Made by a program: the position numbers and the translations under genes
The notes under the pieces: model-generated
Databases searched by the model: none
Told to the model about the DNA's origin: nothing
Seen by the model: the letters and a program-made list of their open reading frames with translations, nothing else
Shown here: positions 24,359-33,669 of the stretch, piece by piece
Position numbering within the stretch: position 1 is the first letter of the stretch
Layout of the letters: every line of letters starts with the position of its first letter
DNA from: an uncultured Acidobacteriota bacterium
GTDB taxonomy: Bacteria > Acidobacteriota > Terriglobia > Acidiferrales > UBA7541
Reading direction: 5' to 3'
Assembly (NCBI GenBank): GCA_963804625.1
Contig: CAWDRJ010000013.1
Location: forward strand, 10,065 to 74,064
DNA length: 64,000 bases

Positions 24359-27300
24359 TCAGAAAGTCAGCTTGGCGGAAAATTGGAGCGAGCGTGCCGG
24401 AAGTTGGTTGGTGATGCCCGCCAGCGGCAGGCCGAAGCCGGTGCCAGGAGTCTCGCCATTCCCGAACGTTCCGTTGAAGCCCACGAAGTTGGGATGATTG
24501 AAAACGTTGAAAGCCTCGGCGCGAAAATTGAGTATGACGCGGTCGGTGCCGAGGGCGAAGGGACGCTCGACGAAGGGATCGAAACTGTAGATCGGGCGCC
24601 CATGGCCGGCGTTCCGTCCCACCACAACTCCGTCGATCACCGGACGATCCGTCGTCGCGCCGGTGTCGCCGCTATTCGTGGTTCCGGTCGTGAGGTTGTA
24701 GGGAAGGCCAGACGCCAGCGTTGCTATGCCGCCCACTCTGATTTTCCAAGGAGCGGTATAGAAGCCGCTGAGCACGAACCGATTCCGTTGGTCGTAGATC
24801 GCGTTGCCTTTCTCTTGCGCGCCCGTGAAGTTGGGATCGTTGGGGTTTTGGCTGGGAATGTCTGGATCCACGTTATCAATTGCATGGGACCAGGTGTAGC
24901 TCGCCAGCATCGAGAATCCGTTGCTGAAACGATGGCTCAGGTCCAAGTCCACCGCGTTATAAAAAGCGAATCCGTCGTTCACATCGCTTTGAATCGTGCT
25001 GTAGCCGGGAGTGATGCCGTTCGCCGCGTCATAGATCCATAGAGGGCGCGTGGCGTTGGCGGCATTCGCGGCGCAGGCGGCGAGCGGCGTGTTCGCGGTG
25101 TTGCCGACGGCGGGATTGGGGATGCATTGCTCGACTCCCGAGCTGTTCGGCGCGGCACCGCGAAATTGGTTCGGCATCGTTCGCACGAAGGACGCCGGCG
25201 GATCCACGTCCAAGGGACGATTGATTTTCAAGGTGTGCGCGCCAACGTAATCGGCGCTGAGCACCCAACCTTGCCCGAGCTCGCGTTGCACCCCGATTGT
25301 CCATTGCTCTGTGTAGGGGTTCAGCAATTTCCCGGGGTAACCAATCAAAACGGAGGTCGGGAAGAATTGGTCGAGAAAGGCGCTGCTCCCTGGGCGAATG
25401 TAAAGGCTGCGAAGTGGCACAACGGCTCCTGGCGGGAACGCCGGCAATGGCGCGTCCGCTATGCTCGCTGGAAATCCGACTTGGCCGGGCGTGGCCGTGT
25501 AATTGAAAACTCCGGTGGGCCCCGTCAGCGCGTAGTTGGCCTCGGAATTGTCCACGATCTGGGAATAGTAGATGCCGAACCCGCCCCGTATCACGGTGCG
25601 CCCATCGCCGTGCAGGTTGTAGGCAAAGCCCACCCGCGGTGCGAAATCCTTATCCGAGTTGGTAAAGGTCTGGCGCTCGTAGCGCAATCCCAGATTCAAC
25701 GTCAGGTCGGGCCGCACGCGGTAATCGTCTTGCACGAAGAGAGACCACAGCGTGTCGTCCACCGTGTAGTTTGCGTTGCCGAAGCTCTGCGTATATTTCT
25801 GGACGTTGCTGATGTCGTCCAGGTAAGTCGGGCTTTCGCAAACGGAAGCCGGGTCCGAGCAGACGTTGTAGGTGAACTGCCCGAGAAAGATCGGACCGCC
25901 GAACTCTTTGCTATCACCGCCGTTGTGCGCATGGATTACGTCCATGCCGAACTTAATGCTGTGCCGCGCATGAATGGACGAAACTGTGTCGTTCACTTCA
26001 TATTGCCGGTTCAGCAGCAAAGCCGATTGCGAAGTGCCCGTAGTGAACGTGCCGCAAGCGACCGCCCCGCAGGCCGAGGTGATCGGAACGGAAAACTGCG
26101 TCCCGAAAGCAACCGGGCTGAATTGCGTGATGGGGGAAGCCAATTGGAACTGCACACGAACTTCATTGAGCCAGGACCGGCTCAACACCGCGGTTTCGCC
26201 GAGTTCTTCGGAATAAGTGCGCCGCTTGAAAATCCGGTCCACGCTTGGAAGACTGTTGCCTCCGACAATTCCGTTGGGGTTGGTATCGTAGAAGCTGTCC
26301 ACATCGCTACGGAAAAAAAGATTGTTGCTGTTGTTGATCTGATGGTCGATCCGCAACAGCGCCAGCCACCCGCGATAGTGTCCCACGAAGATTCCCGGCT
26401 CCAGCGGAGATGTGATCGGAGAACCGCGGTTCTCCCAGCTGTATTCTCCGCTGGCGAAAAATTGGGAGCGGCCATTGCTTCCGATAGGCCCGGACAGCGA
26501 AGCAGCTGTCTGACTTAACGAATCACTGGCGACGTCGTTGCCGCTGCTAGCCGTGTCGGGAGTGAACCCCGAAAGTGATGCGGACGTAGCCTTGGGCCGC
26601 CACATTCCCAACACGTCGCCATGGAAATCGTGGCCGCCGCTTTTCGTCACGATGTTGACGACGCTTCCGGCCGTGAATCCATATTCCGCCGAGAATGCAT
26701 TGGTCAAGATTGTCATTTCGTCCACGGCGTCGAGCGGCACGCTCGCGAAAATCGTCTGCCGCCCCCAGGCATCCACGCCGTTGCTTCCGTCCACTTCGAA
26801 CCAAGTCTGGCGGCGTCCGGTGCCGTTGGTGGTGAAGAGGTCTTCGTTCATGAAGACGTCGCCTTGATTGATGGCGGGACGATTGGCAGCCTCGAGCAGC
26901 GGCAGATAGGTGGTGCGCCGATTGAGCAGCGGCGTTTCTTCCGCTTGCGTCGCGCTGAGATGATCGCCCAGTTGCGGTTCGTCCGTGCGCACGCCGCCCA
27001 CGGTTCCGGTCACCACGATTTCTTCCTTGCCCGCCGCGACGTTGAGTTGCAAGTGCAGGCTCGCCGTTGTACCGCCAGCCAAGGCGACGTCGGTCAGCTT
27101 TGCTTCCGCGAAACCCTGCTTGTGCACCGTAACATCGTAGTGCCCGGCAACCGGCAATCCGGCCACCGAAAAACTTCCGGAACCGTCTGTGTGGACCTGT
27201 CGTTGCAGTCCGATGAGCGTATTCGTCAGGGTCACTTCCGCGTCCGCAACCGGCGCCTGGCTCTGATCCACAACTTCGCCGCGCACCGTTGCTGTATCTG

Positions 27301-27388
27301 GGGTCTGGGCTCGAACGCCGCTAGCAACCAGGAAACTCACCGCCAGAAAAACAGAATAGAAGCCTGCCCTGCGTCGGAATTCAGTCAT
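24359..27388 (-). CDS. TonB-dependent receptor (1009 aa) with carboxypeptidase-regulatory-like N-terminus
   Basis: It has a signal peptide, the stretch TATVRGEVVDQSQAPVADAEVTL.., beta-barrel-type repeats and a C-terminal ..LQFSAKLTF. Confidence 0.85.
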   Translation of the reverse strand: MTEFRRRAGFYSVFLAVSFLVASGVRAQTPDTATVRGEVVDQSQAPVADAEVTLTNTLIGLQRQVHTDGSGSFSVAGLPVAGHYDVTVHKQGFAEAKLTDVALAGGTTASLHLQLNVAAGKEEIVVTGTVGGVRTDEPQLGDHLSATQAEETPLLNRRTTYLPLLEAANRPAINQGDVFMNEDLFTTNGTGRRQTWFEVDGSNGVDAWGRQTIFASVPLDAVDEMTILTNAFSAEYGFTAGSVVNIVTKSGGHDFHGDVLGMWRPKATSASLSGFTPDTASSGNDVASDSLSQTAASLSGPIGSNGRSQFFASGEYSWENRGSPITSPLEPGIFVGHYRGWLALLRIDHQINNSNNLFFRSDVDSFYDTNPNGIVGGNSLPSVDRIFKRRTYSEELGETAVLSRSWLNEVRVQFQLASPITQFSPVAFGTQFSVPITSACGAVACGTFTTGTSQSALLLNRQYEVNDTVSSIHARHSIKFGMDVIHAHNGGDSKEFGGPIFLGQFTYNVCSDPASVCESPTYLDDISNVQKYTQSFGNANYTVDDTLWSLFVQDDYRVRPDLTLNLGLRYERQTFTNSDKDFAPRVGFAYNLHGDGRTVIRGGFGIYYSQIVDNSEANYALTGPTGVFNYTATPGQVGFPASIADAPLPAFPPGAVVPLRSLYIRPGSSAFLDQFFPTSVLIGYPGKLLNPYTEQWTIGVQRELGQGWVLSADYVGAHTLKINRPLDVDPPASFVRTMPNQFRGAAPNSSGVEQCIPNPAVGNTANTPLAACAANAANATRPLWIYDAANGITPGYSTIQSDVNDGFAFYNAVDLDLSHRFSNGFSMLASYTWSHAIDNVDPDIPSQNPNDPNFTGAQEKGNAIYDQRNRFVLSGFYTAPWKIRVGGIATLASGLPYNLTTGTTNSGDTGATTDRPVIDGVVVGRNAGHGRPIYSFDPFVERPFALGTDRVILNFRAEAFNVFNHPNFVGFNGTFGNGETPGTGFGLPLAGITNQLPARSLQFSAKLTF

Positions 27389-27418
27389 GAGATTTAGAAA
27401 GCTAGCGTAGGCTGCGAA

Positions 27419-27437
27419 CTACTACCATTGATAGTAG
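27419..27437. promoter_or_regulatory. 19-bp near-perfect palindrome CTACTAcCAtTGaTAGTAG, candidate operator
   Basis: It has 8 of 9 symmetric pairs. It sits in the divergent promoter region between the TBDR-blaI-blaR1 string and the DUF1579 gene. Confidence 0.3.
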
Positions 27438-27543
27438 AGCGCTTGGCATTTCCTAGGATTTTCGATCTCACCTACTGCGAAGGTCGGCTCGCCAAGCTAA
27501 AAAGGCGTGCAAGGCTTAAGACTTTCGCATATCATCGCGTGCC

Positions 27544-28101
27544 ATGAAGAAATGGATTGTCGCAACGCTGCTCATTGCCACTGCCGCGGTCGCTGTCGCG
27601 CAAGAAACTCACAAGCAATATGAGCCGCCGAACGCGCCGGGCGCCGGTCAGAAGCTGCTCGCGCAATTTGTGGGCGATTGGGACCTCGTCAAGACGTTCT
27701 TCCCGCAGAACGGCGCCCCGAAAGTGACGAAAGGCACGTGCAAGCAGTACATGATCCAGGATGGCAAGTTTCTGCAGTCGGATTTTATTTTCTCCGATTC
27801 TGACGGAACGCAGAGCACCGGCACCGGAATCTCCGGCTTCGATTCCAAATCCAATCGCTTCACCACCGTGTGGTACGACTCGCGGCAGACGACGATGTCG
27901 ATTCGCCAGAGCGACGGCACGTTTGACGGCCAGAATATTGTCCTGTGGGCGACGCCCCTCGATCCCGATCGTCCTGGGCGCAAGACCGTCGCGCGCGCAC
28001 ACCTCGAGGAAGGCGGCCGCGTTCTCCTCCATCGCCATTTTCTGATCGATGACAAAGGGAACGAGCGGATGATGATCGAGTTGCGGCTGACGCGGAAGTA
28101 G
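27544..28101 (+). CDS. DUF1579-family secreted protein
   Basis: It has a signal peptide and the blocks ..FVGDWD.., ..GKFLQSDF.. and ..TTVWYDS... Confidence 0.6.
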   Translation: MKKWIVATLLIATAAVAVAQETHKQYEPPNAPGAGQKLLAQFVGDWDLVKTFFPQNGAPKVTKGTCKQYMIQDGKFLQSDFIFSDSDGTQSTGTGISGFDSKSNRFTTVWYDSRQTTMSIRQSDGTFDGQNIVLWATPLDPDRPGRKTVARAHLEEGGRVLLHRHFLIDDKGNERMMIELRLTRK

Positions 28102-28570
28102 TTTCCCCCAGAGTGTTGCGCGATAGAAAAAATCACTTCAGAATCAAAATATTTCTTATCACATTCCAAGTATGCGTAAGTCGGCAGACAAGAAATGATT
28201 CACTTCGTTCAGGTTCGCCCTTGATCCGGACGCGAACCATCCTGCTGCCGCAGAACTTCGTGGCAAAGATGCTATGTCACAGAGAAGCGGACCGTACGCT
28301 TGAATAGGCCAAAACTCAATGTTCCTTGAACCAGCGCAATTCGTTCCTCAGTGCAATGAGCCGTTCTTGGCTGCTTTTGGTGAGATTTCGCGTGCCTGAA
28401 GAACACTTTGCTATTGATAAGGCTCGAGTAGTGGGTTGAAAGCCTACCGCCCGAACTAAATCTACCTACGGCAGTATTATCTGACATGATTTCATAACAA
28501 TGCTGGCTCCCTCGACCCGAGTAGACTGTGGTTTATCGACGACCATAGGCTCGGGAGAAAGGAGCCAGAC

Positions 28571-29626
28571 ATGTTGATTATAGGCGTAGATTATCACCCG
28601 AGCTTTCAGCAAATCTCTTTTCTGGATCAGGAAACTGGTGAGTGCGGCGATCGGCGATTGAATCACAGCGATGGAGAAGCCGAGCGGTTCTACAAGGAGC
28701 TAAAGGAGAGAGGGGTCAGCGTGCGTGTGGGATTGGAGGCCACTGGATATTCACGCTGGTTCGAGCGGTTACTGGCGGAGTTGGGTTTCGAGGTATGGAT
28801 TGGGGATGCCGCGGAGATCAAGAGACAGCGAGGCCGGAAGCAGAAAACCGACCGCGAGGACGGCCGACTCCTGTTGCGGTTGCTTCTGGAGAATCGCTTT
28901 CCTCGCATCTGGGTACCGAATCCAGAGAATCGAGATCTACGACAACTACTTTGGCACCGGCATCGGCTGGTGCAGATGCGCACGCGGATCATGAATCAGC
29001 TGCAGGCCGTGGCCATGAACGAAGGCTATCGCTGGAAGAAAAAGCTGTTCAGCGAAAAGGGACGAGCCCTGCTAGAGAAACTCTCGTTGGCTCCCTGGGC
29101 CAGTCGGCGCCGGAAAGAATTATTGGAGCTGCTGGACCAGTTGGATCCCAAGATTGCGGAGTTAACCAGAGCCGTCGAGCAGGAAGCCGATAAACGGACC
29201 GAGGTGGTGCGATTGATGACCCATCCCGGCGTGGGACCCATCACGGGGCTGGCCTATGTGCTGGTCATCGGGACTCCCGATCGGTTTCCTTGTGGCAAGA
29301 AGATCGGCAGCTACACGGGGCTCATTCCCAGTGAAGACTCCAGTGCCGGCCGTCAACGGTTGGGACACATCAGTAAGCAAGGCAACGCGTTGTTGCGCTA
29401 CTTGCTGGGAGAAGCAGCGCAAGCTGCCGCACGGTGTAACCCCGACTGGCGACGTCGGTATGTGCATCTGACGATGCGCCGGGAAAAAAGCATTGCCAAG
29501 GTGGCCATGGCCAGGAAACTCGCGGTTCGGTTGTACTGGATGTGGCGCAACCATTGGCAATATGCGCAGTTGGTTGAATTCGGTTCGAACGCGGGAAAGC
29601 TCGGAACCGGACATGGCGTGCAGTAG
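28571..29626 (+). CDS. IS110-family recombinase no.3
   Basis: The protein reads MLIIGVDYHPSFQQISFLD.. and includes ..LMTHPGVGPITGLAYVLVIG.. and ..HISKQGNALLRYLLGEAA... Confidence 0.9.
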   Translation: MLIIGVDYHPSFQQISFLDQETGECGDRRLNHSDGEAERFYKELKERGVSVRVGLEATGYSRWFERLLAELGFEVWIGDAAEIKRQRGRKQKTDREDGRLLLRLLLENRFPRIWVPNPENRDLRQLLWHRHRLVQMRTRIMNQLQAVAMNEGYRWKKKLFSEKGRALLEKLSLAPWASRRRKELLELLDQLDPKIAELTRAVEQEADKRTEVVRLMTHPGVGPITGLAYVLVIGTPDRFPCGKKIGSYTGLIPSEDSSAGRQRLGHISKQGNALLRYLLGEAAQAAARCNPDWRRRYVHLTMRREKSIAKVAMARKLAVRLYWMWRNHWQYAQLVEFGSNAGKLGTGHGVQ

Positions 29627-29691
29627 TGCGTCGCGGACTTGATTGGGCATCCCGCTCTCTCGCGAGAGGGAGTTTGAACTAGTAATTATGG

Positions 29692-31623
29692 GTGCGCCGG
29701 GATAAACCGGCGTGGAGTAGTGGATGAAAGAGCCATACGGTGAAGGCCTAGCGAGTCACACCGGCTCCGAGTTATGCGCGGCTGACCGAGCTAATCGCGA
29801 GGTTAGACAGGTTAGACGTGAAGCGTTGACAGGAGCACAGGCAGGCGGGGTATTCAGCCGCGTAATCTATGAATCAGAGGGCCGACGCCGTCCATGATGG
29901 CGGAAGGCAACAACGGTGGATGCGAAATCGCGAGCATCCATCGGACTCTGCGAGGTCAGAGACCCCCGCATGCAGGGAAACTCCACGCGCGAGAACCGGG
30001 AGGCCCTACCAACACCCGACACGAAGTAGTGAACGGGCCGGTTGGAGAAGGCGATGAACCATAAGTCCAACATGCACGTTGGTGGGGAGTCGGACGGTCG
30101 TGTAGTACCTGCGAAGTACCCGAACAAGGACGGAAAGTCGTCGGCGGAGGGTGCAGAGGGAAGACGACCGACCAAGGAGAACACGGGACAGACGGCCGCG
30201 TCCCAGATCCAAAGCTGGGGGAACGCGCAGAACGGGCTGCGCCGTGTGCGGGAAGCAGCAAAGAGGGATAAGCGGTTACGATTCACCGCGCTCCTACACC
30301 ACGTATCCGTCGCGCTTCTCTCGAACAGTTTCTATGCCTTGAAGCGAGAAGCTGCTCCGGGAGTGGACGGGTTGACGTGGCAGGTATACGAAACGGACTT
30401 GGACAAGCGGCTGGAGGATTTGCACAGTCGCGTGCACCGGAGCACGTATCGAGCGCTACCTTCCAAGAGAACCTACATTCCCAAGCCGGATGGACGACAG
30501 CGACCCCTGGGCATAGCAGCCCTGGAGGATAAAATCGTTCAACAGGCAGTGGGAACGGTCCTCAGTCAGATTTACGAGGAGGACTTCTTGGGGTTCTCCT
30601 ATGGTTTCCGACCTGGGCGCGGCACACACGACGCGCTGGACGCGCTTTGGATCGGGATCATGAGGAAGAAGGTGAATTGGGTGCTGGATGCCGACATTCG
30701 TGATTTCTTTGGGTCAATTTCACACGAATGGATGGTGAAGTTCCTCCAGCACCGAATCGCGGATCGACGGATCCTCCGGCTGATCGAGAAATGGCTGAGG
30801 GCCGGCGTATCGGAAGATGGGAAATGGTCGAAGACGGAAGTAGGGACTCCGCAAGGCTCGGTGATTTCGCCGCTGCTCGCGAACGTTTACCTGCATTACG
30901 TTTTCGATCTTTGGGTGCAGCACTGGCGGACGCACCGGACCACGGGCGATGTCATCGTGGTCCGCTATGCGGACGATATGGTGCTGGGGTTCCAGCATCG
31001 TGGCGATGCAGAGCGGTTCCTCCAGGACTGGCGGGACCGTCTGCAGAAGTTCGGACTGGAACTACATCCGGATAAAACGCGCCTGATCGAATTCGGGCGT
31101 TTTGCCGCAGGAAGCCGGAAGCAGCGTGGAGAGGGCAAGCCGGAAACGTTTAACTTTCTGGGGTTCACGCATATCTGCGGACAAGCCAGGAAGAACGGCA
31201 AGTTCCTCATGCTGCGCAAGAGTATCCGAAAGCGACTCCTGGCTAAGCTGAAACAGGTAAAGGACGAGCTTCGGATGCGCATGCATCAGCCGCTGGCGGA
31301 AGTCGGGAAATGGTTGAGGAACGTCGTTCGAGGCTACTTCAACTATCATGCCGTTCCCGGAAACTTCGCCAGTCTGCAGAGCTTTCGGCTGGAGGTGAGC
31401 AAACGCTGGCTGCGAGTGCTCCAACGTCGCAGTCAGAAGAACCGGATGTCGTGGAAGCAGATGGCTGGTTTTGTTAAGCAATGGCTTCCCGTTCCCAAAA
31501 TCCTTCATCCGTATCCCTACCTGCGCTTCGACGCCAAGCATCCGCGGTAAGAGCCGCATGCAGGAAAACTGCACGTGCGGCTCTGTGCGGGGGGCGCTGG
31601 GCAACTGGCGTCCCTACCGCGAC
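29692..31623 (+). mobile_element. Complete group II intron (1932 nt) encoding an RT/maturase
   Basis: The 5' end is GTGCGCC at 29692. Domain V is at 31551-31584 (GAGCCGCATGCAGGAAAACTGCACGTGCGGCTCT). Domain VI has a 10-bp stem, a GCAA loop, a bulged A at 31616 and an end ..CCGCGAC at 31623. An EBS1-like loop CCATGAT (29892-29898) is complementary to the 5' exon end ATTATGG (29685-29691). Confidence 0.85.
30054..31550 (+). CDS. Group II intron reverse transcriptase/maturase, no endonuclease domain seen
   Basis: RT blocks are present, including ..RTYIPKPDGRQRPLGIAALEDKIVQ.. and YADD (VRYADDMVLGF). Domain X is ..LRNVVRGYFNYHAV... No HNH motif follows. Confidence 0.9.
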   Translation: MNHKSNMHVGGESDGRVVPAKYPNKDGKSSAEGAEGRRPTKENTGQTAASQIQSWGNAQNGLRRVREAAKRDKRLRFTALLHHVSVALLSNSFYALKREAAPGVDGLTWQVYETDLDKRLEDLHSRVHRSTYRALPSKRTYIPKPDGRQRPLGIAALEDKIVQQAVGTVLSQIYEEDFLGFSYGFRPGRGTHDALDALWIGIMRKKVNWVLDADIRDFFGSISHEWMVKFLQHRIADRRILRLIEKWLRAGVSEDGKWSKTEVGTPQGSVISPLLANVYLHYVFDLWVQHWRTHRTTGDVIVVRYADDMVLGFQHRGDAERFLQDWRDRLQKFGLELHPDKTRLIEFGRFAAGSRKQRGEGKPETFNFLGFTHICGQARKNGKFLMLRKSIRKRLLAKLKQVKDELRMRMHQPLAEVGKWLRNVVRGYFNYHAVPGNFASLQSFRLEVSKRWLRVLQRRSQKNRMSWKQMAGFVKQWLPVPKILHPYPYLRFDAKHPR

Positions 31624-32024
31624 TCGAAGTTTTGATCGGAGAGATGTTTGGGTCGGACTGAATCCGCCCGACAGATTACGAACGAGCCGTGGTCGTCGAT
31701 GCAGAGCGTCAAAGAAAACAGAACAAGACCACTCTTCGGAGTGAGTGGAGAAGTCTGCTCAGAAAAAGCTCAAAACGAGCTTGACAGAGTCAGCATTGTT
31801 AGAGATGTCCGGTTAGCGCTGCCAGCTCAACCGGTCGATGCAACACCATCCAGCGCATTGATTCGACAATGCTTCCGCGGGAGAACTATCTGTTTGGCTG
31901 CACTCGGTCAAAACCTAGCCAGAGCAGCGTTCCGGCCGGTCTAGCCCTAGCGGGCGACTTTAGCATTTGTTTTCAATGCGAGGTCGATGCGAGCTTGGTG
32001 TTGCGTCGACCCATTGAGACCACC

Positions 32025-32037
32025 GCGTTAATCAGGG
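32025..32037 (+). repeat. Repeat-unit distal motif (U7), GCGTTAATCAGGG
   Basis: ACCGCGTTAATCAGG matches ACCGCGTTTATCAGG of U4 at 14 of 15 positions. It lies 11 bp beyond the stop of IS110 gene no.4. Confidence 0.4.
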
Positions 32038-32047
32038 TCGAAAATCA

Positions 32048-33334
32048 CTACGCCGGTGCTTGGCTGGGTTGAGGATTCGGTGATTCGATCCGATATCCCA
32101 GCTGTCGGAGTTGCCGAATCATTCTCCATGTGCGCTGATACTTGGATTGTTTCGTGACCGCTGGGCCGCGTTCTTCGTAACGGACTCCCTGATGCAGGAT
32201 TAACCAGATCAGACGACACTGTCGATGGGCAATGACTCCGATGGCTTGATTGTGTCCCAGGCGCGGGACCGAGCGGCGATAGATAATCTCGAAGATACCT
32301 CCTTTGGCTTTCACGGCGGCGTTGGCAGCTTGATTGAGTAAGCGCCGCATCTGACGATTGCCCTTCGGAGATCGGTGGCTGTAGTTTACGCCTGCGCTCT
32401 CTTCGTCGCCGGGACAGGCGCCCACCCACGAGGAGAGCTGCTCCCCCGACGGAAAGGTCGCTGCGGTGGGACCAACTTCAGCAATGATTTGTTGCGCTGA
32501 GTCCACTCCCAGACCCGGCACCTCCGCTAACCGCTGGACGGCATCCTGGTGCGGATGGAGCAAAGTGGCTAGCTCTTGGTCGAGTTGACCGATCTGCTGC
32601 TCGAGGAATTGCAACTGCTCGAGTGCCATTTTCAGGAGCCGTCGGTACACAGGCTTGAGGTCCGTACACGCGCCGAGCGCATCACACAATTGTTCCGGCG
32701 TGGCTCGCAACCTCTCATGGGCCAGAGCGGCCAGAGCTGCTGGATTGGTTTCTCCGTCAGCTAGCGCCTTCAACATGCGCCTGGCACTGACGCCAAGCAG
32801 ATCGGAGACCAGGCTGGACAACTTAATATGGGCCTCTTCCAGAAGTGACTCCAATTGGTTGTGCAACCGCACCCGGTCGCGCCTCAATTGGTACTTCTTG
32901 CGTGTTACCGTCCGCCACAAACGCTGCTCGGCATCGGGCACAAAGCTCAACGTCAGTTCCCGGGCCACCAGCCGCTTCACCAGGCGTTCGGCATCGGGAA
33001 AATCTCTCTTGCGTCCCCGCCGCCCGCGATTGGACTGCGCTTGTGCCAGATGCAGCGTTCCCGACTTACGGCGCGCTCCTTCTCGCTTCTCGCGTATCGG
33101 CTTCCAATACCGTTCCAGTGCTCCCCAAACTGGTTTCCAATATTGCGCCGTTGATTCCATGACGACTTCCTCGGCCTCTTGCTCGACGAGCCAAGCTGCC
33201 AGCGAGCGCAATTGTTCGGGGTTGCTGCCAAACATTCGTCGCTCAAACTGGAACTCGCTTTCGATTTCGACGTCAGACACAACTACGGCCAGCACCCTTT
33301 TATGAACATCGATTCCCGCTATCCTGTAAGGCAT
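32048..33334 (-). CDS. IS110-family recombinase no.4 (428 aa)
   Basis: The protein reads MPYRIAGIDVHKRVLAVVVSD.. and includes ..LAEVPGLGVDSAQQIIAEVG... Confidence 0.9.
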   Translation of the reverse strand: MPYRIAGIDVHKRVLAVVVSDVEIESEFQFERRMFGSNPEQLRSLAAWLVEQEAEEVVMESTAQYWKPVWGALERYWKPIREKREGARRKSGTLHLAQAQSNRGRRGRKRDFPDAERLVKRLVARELTLSFVPDAEQRLWRTVTRKKYQLRRDRVRLHNQLESLLEEAHIKLSSLVSDLLGVSARRMLKALADGETNPAALAALAHERLRATPEQLCDALGACTDLKPVYRRLLKMALEQLQFLEQQIGQLDQELATLLHPHQDAVQRLAEVPGLGVDSAQQIIAEVGPTAATFPSGEQLSSWVGACPGDEESAGVNYSHRSPKGNRQMRRLLNQAANAAVKAKGGIFEIIYRRSVPRLGHNQAIGVIAHRQCRLIWLILHQGVRYEERGPAVTKQSKYQRTWRMIRQLRQLGYRIESPNPQPSQAPA

Positions 33335-33669
33335 TAGTTCCTCCTGGCCGGGAGCGGAGAGCGCGCTGCGATTACCTTAACCAGGGTCACGGGCTATCGC
33401 CGCTCCCTTAGGGGGAGACAACGACGCCCAATTATTCGCTCAAGCACGCACGCTCCGGATCAGACAGATGGACGGCCTCGAACTCTCCACTGATAAGCTC
33501 GACCTCGCCGCTCCTGGCTGTTCCGATCTTACCGCGCAGTGATTTTCATGAGCTTTCGCGGGCCGCAGGCCCTAAAGGACAGATGGGATGAGAAGGCCGG
33601 TCTCCAGCGGGATGCGATACGCTCCCAATGATCGACGCGCTCGAAGCGCACGAGAAAAGGAGAGCGGCT

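Noticed and set aside
24155-27397. Several + strand ORFs (295, 463 and 258 aa) inside the 1009-aa TonB-dependent receptor gene. Similar antisense ORFs occur in the histidine kinase, ADOP and his genes.
   Set aside because: They lie antisense to strongly supported genes and have low-complexity, Arg-rich translations and no motifs.
29655-29666. The palindrome CTCTCGCGAGAG upstream of the RT-encoding intron, considered as a terminator-type target (class C intron behaviour).
   Set aside because: It lies 25 nt from the insertion point and has no U tract. The intron's exon pairing is explained by the EBS1-like loop instead.
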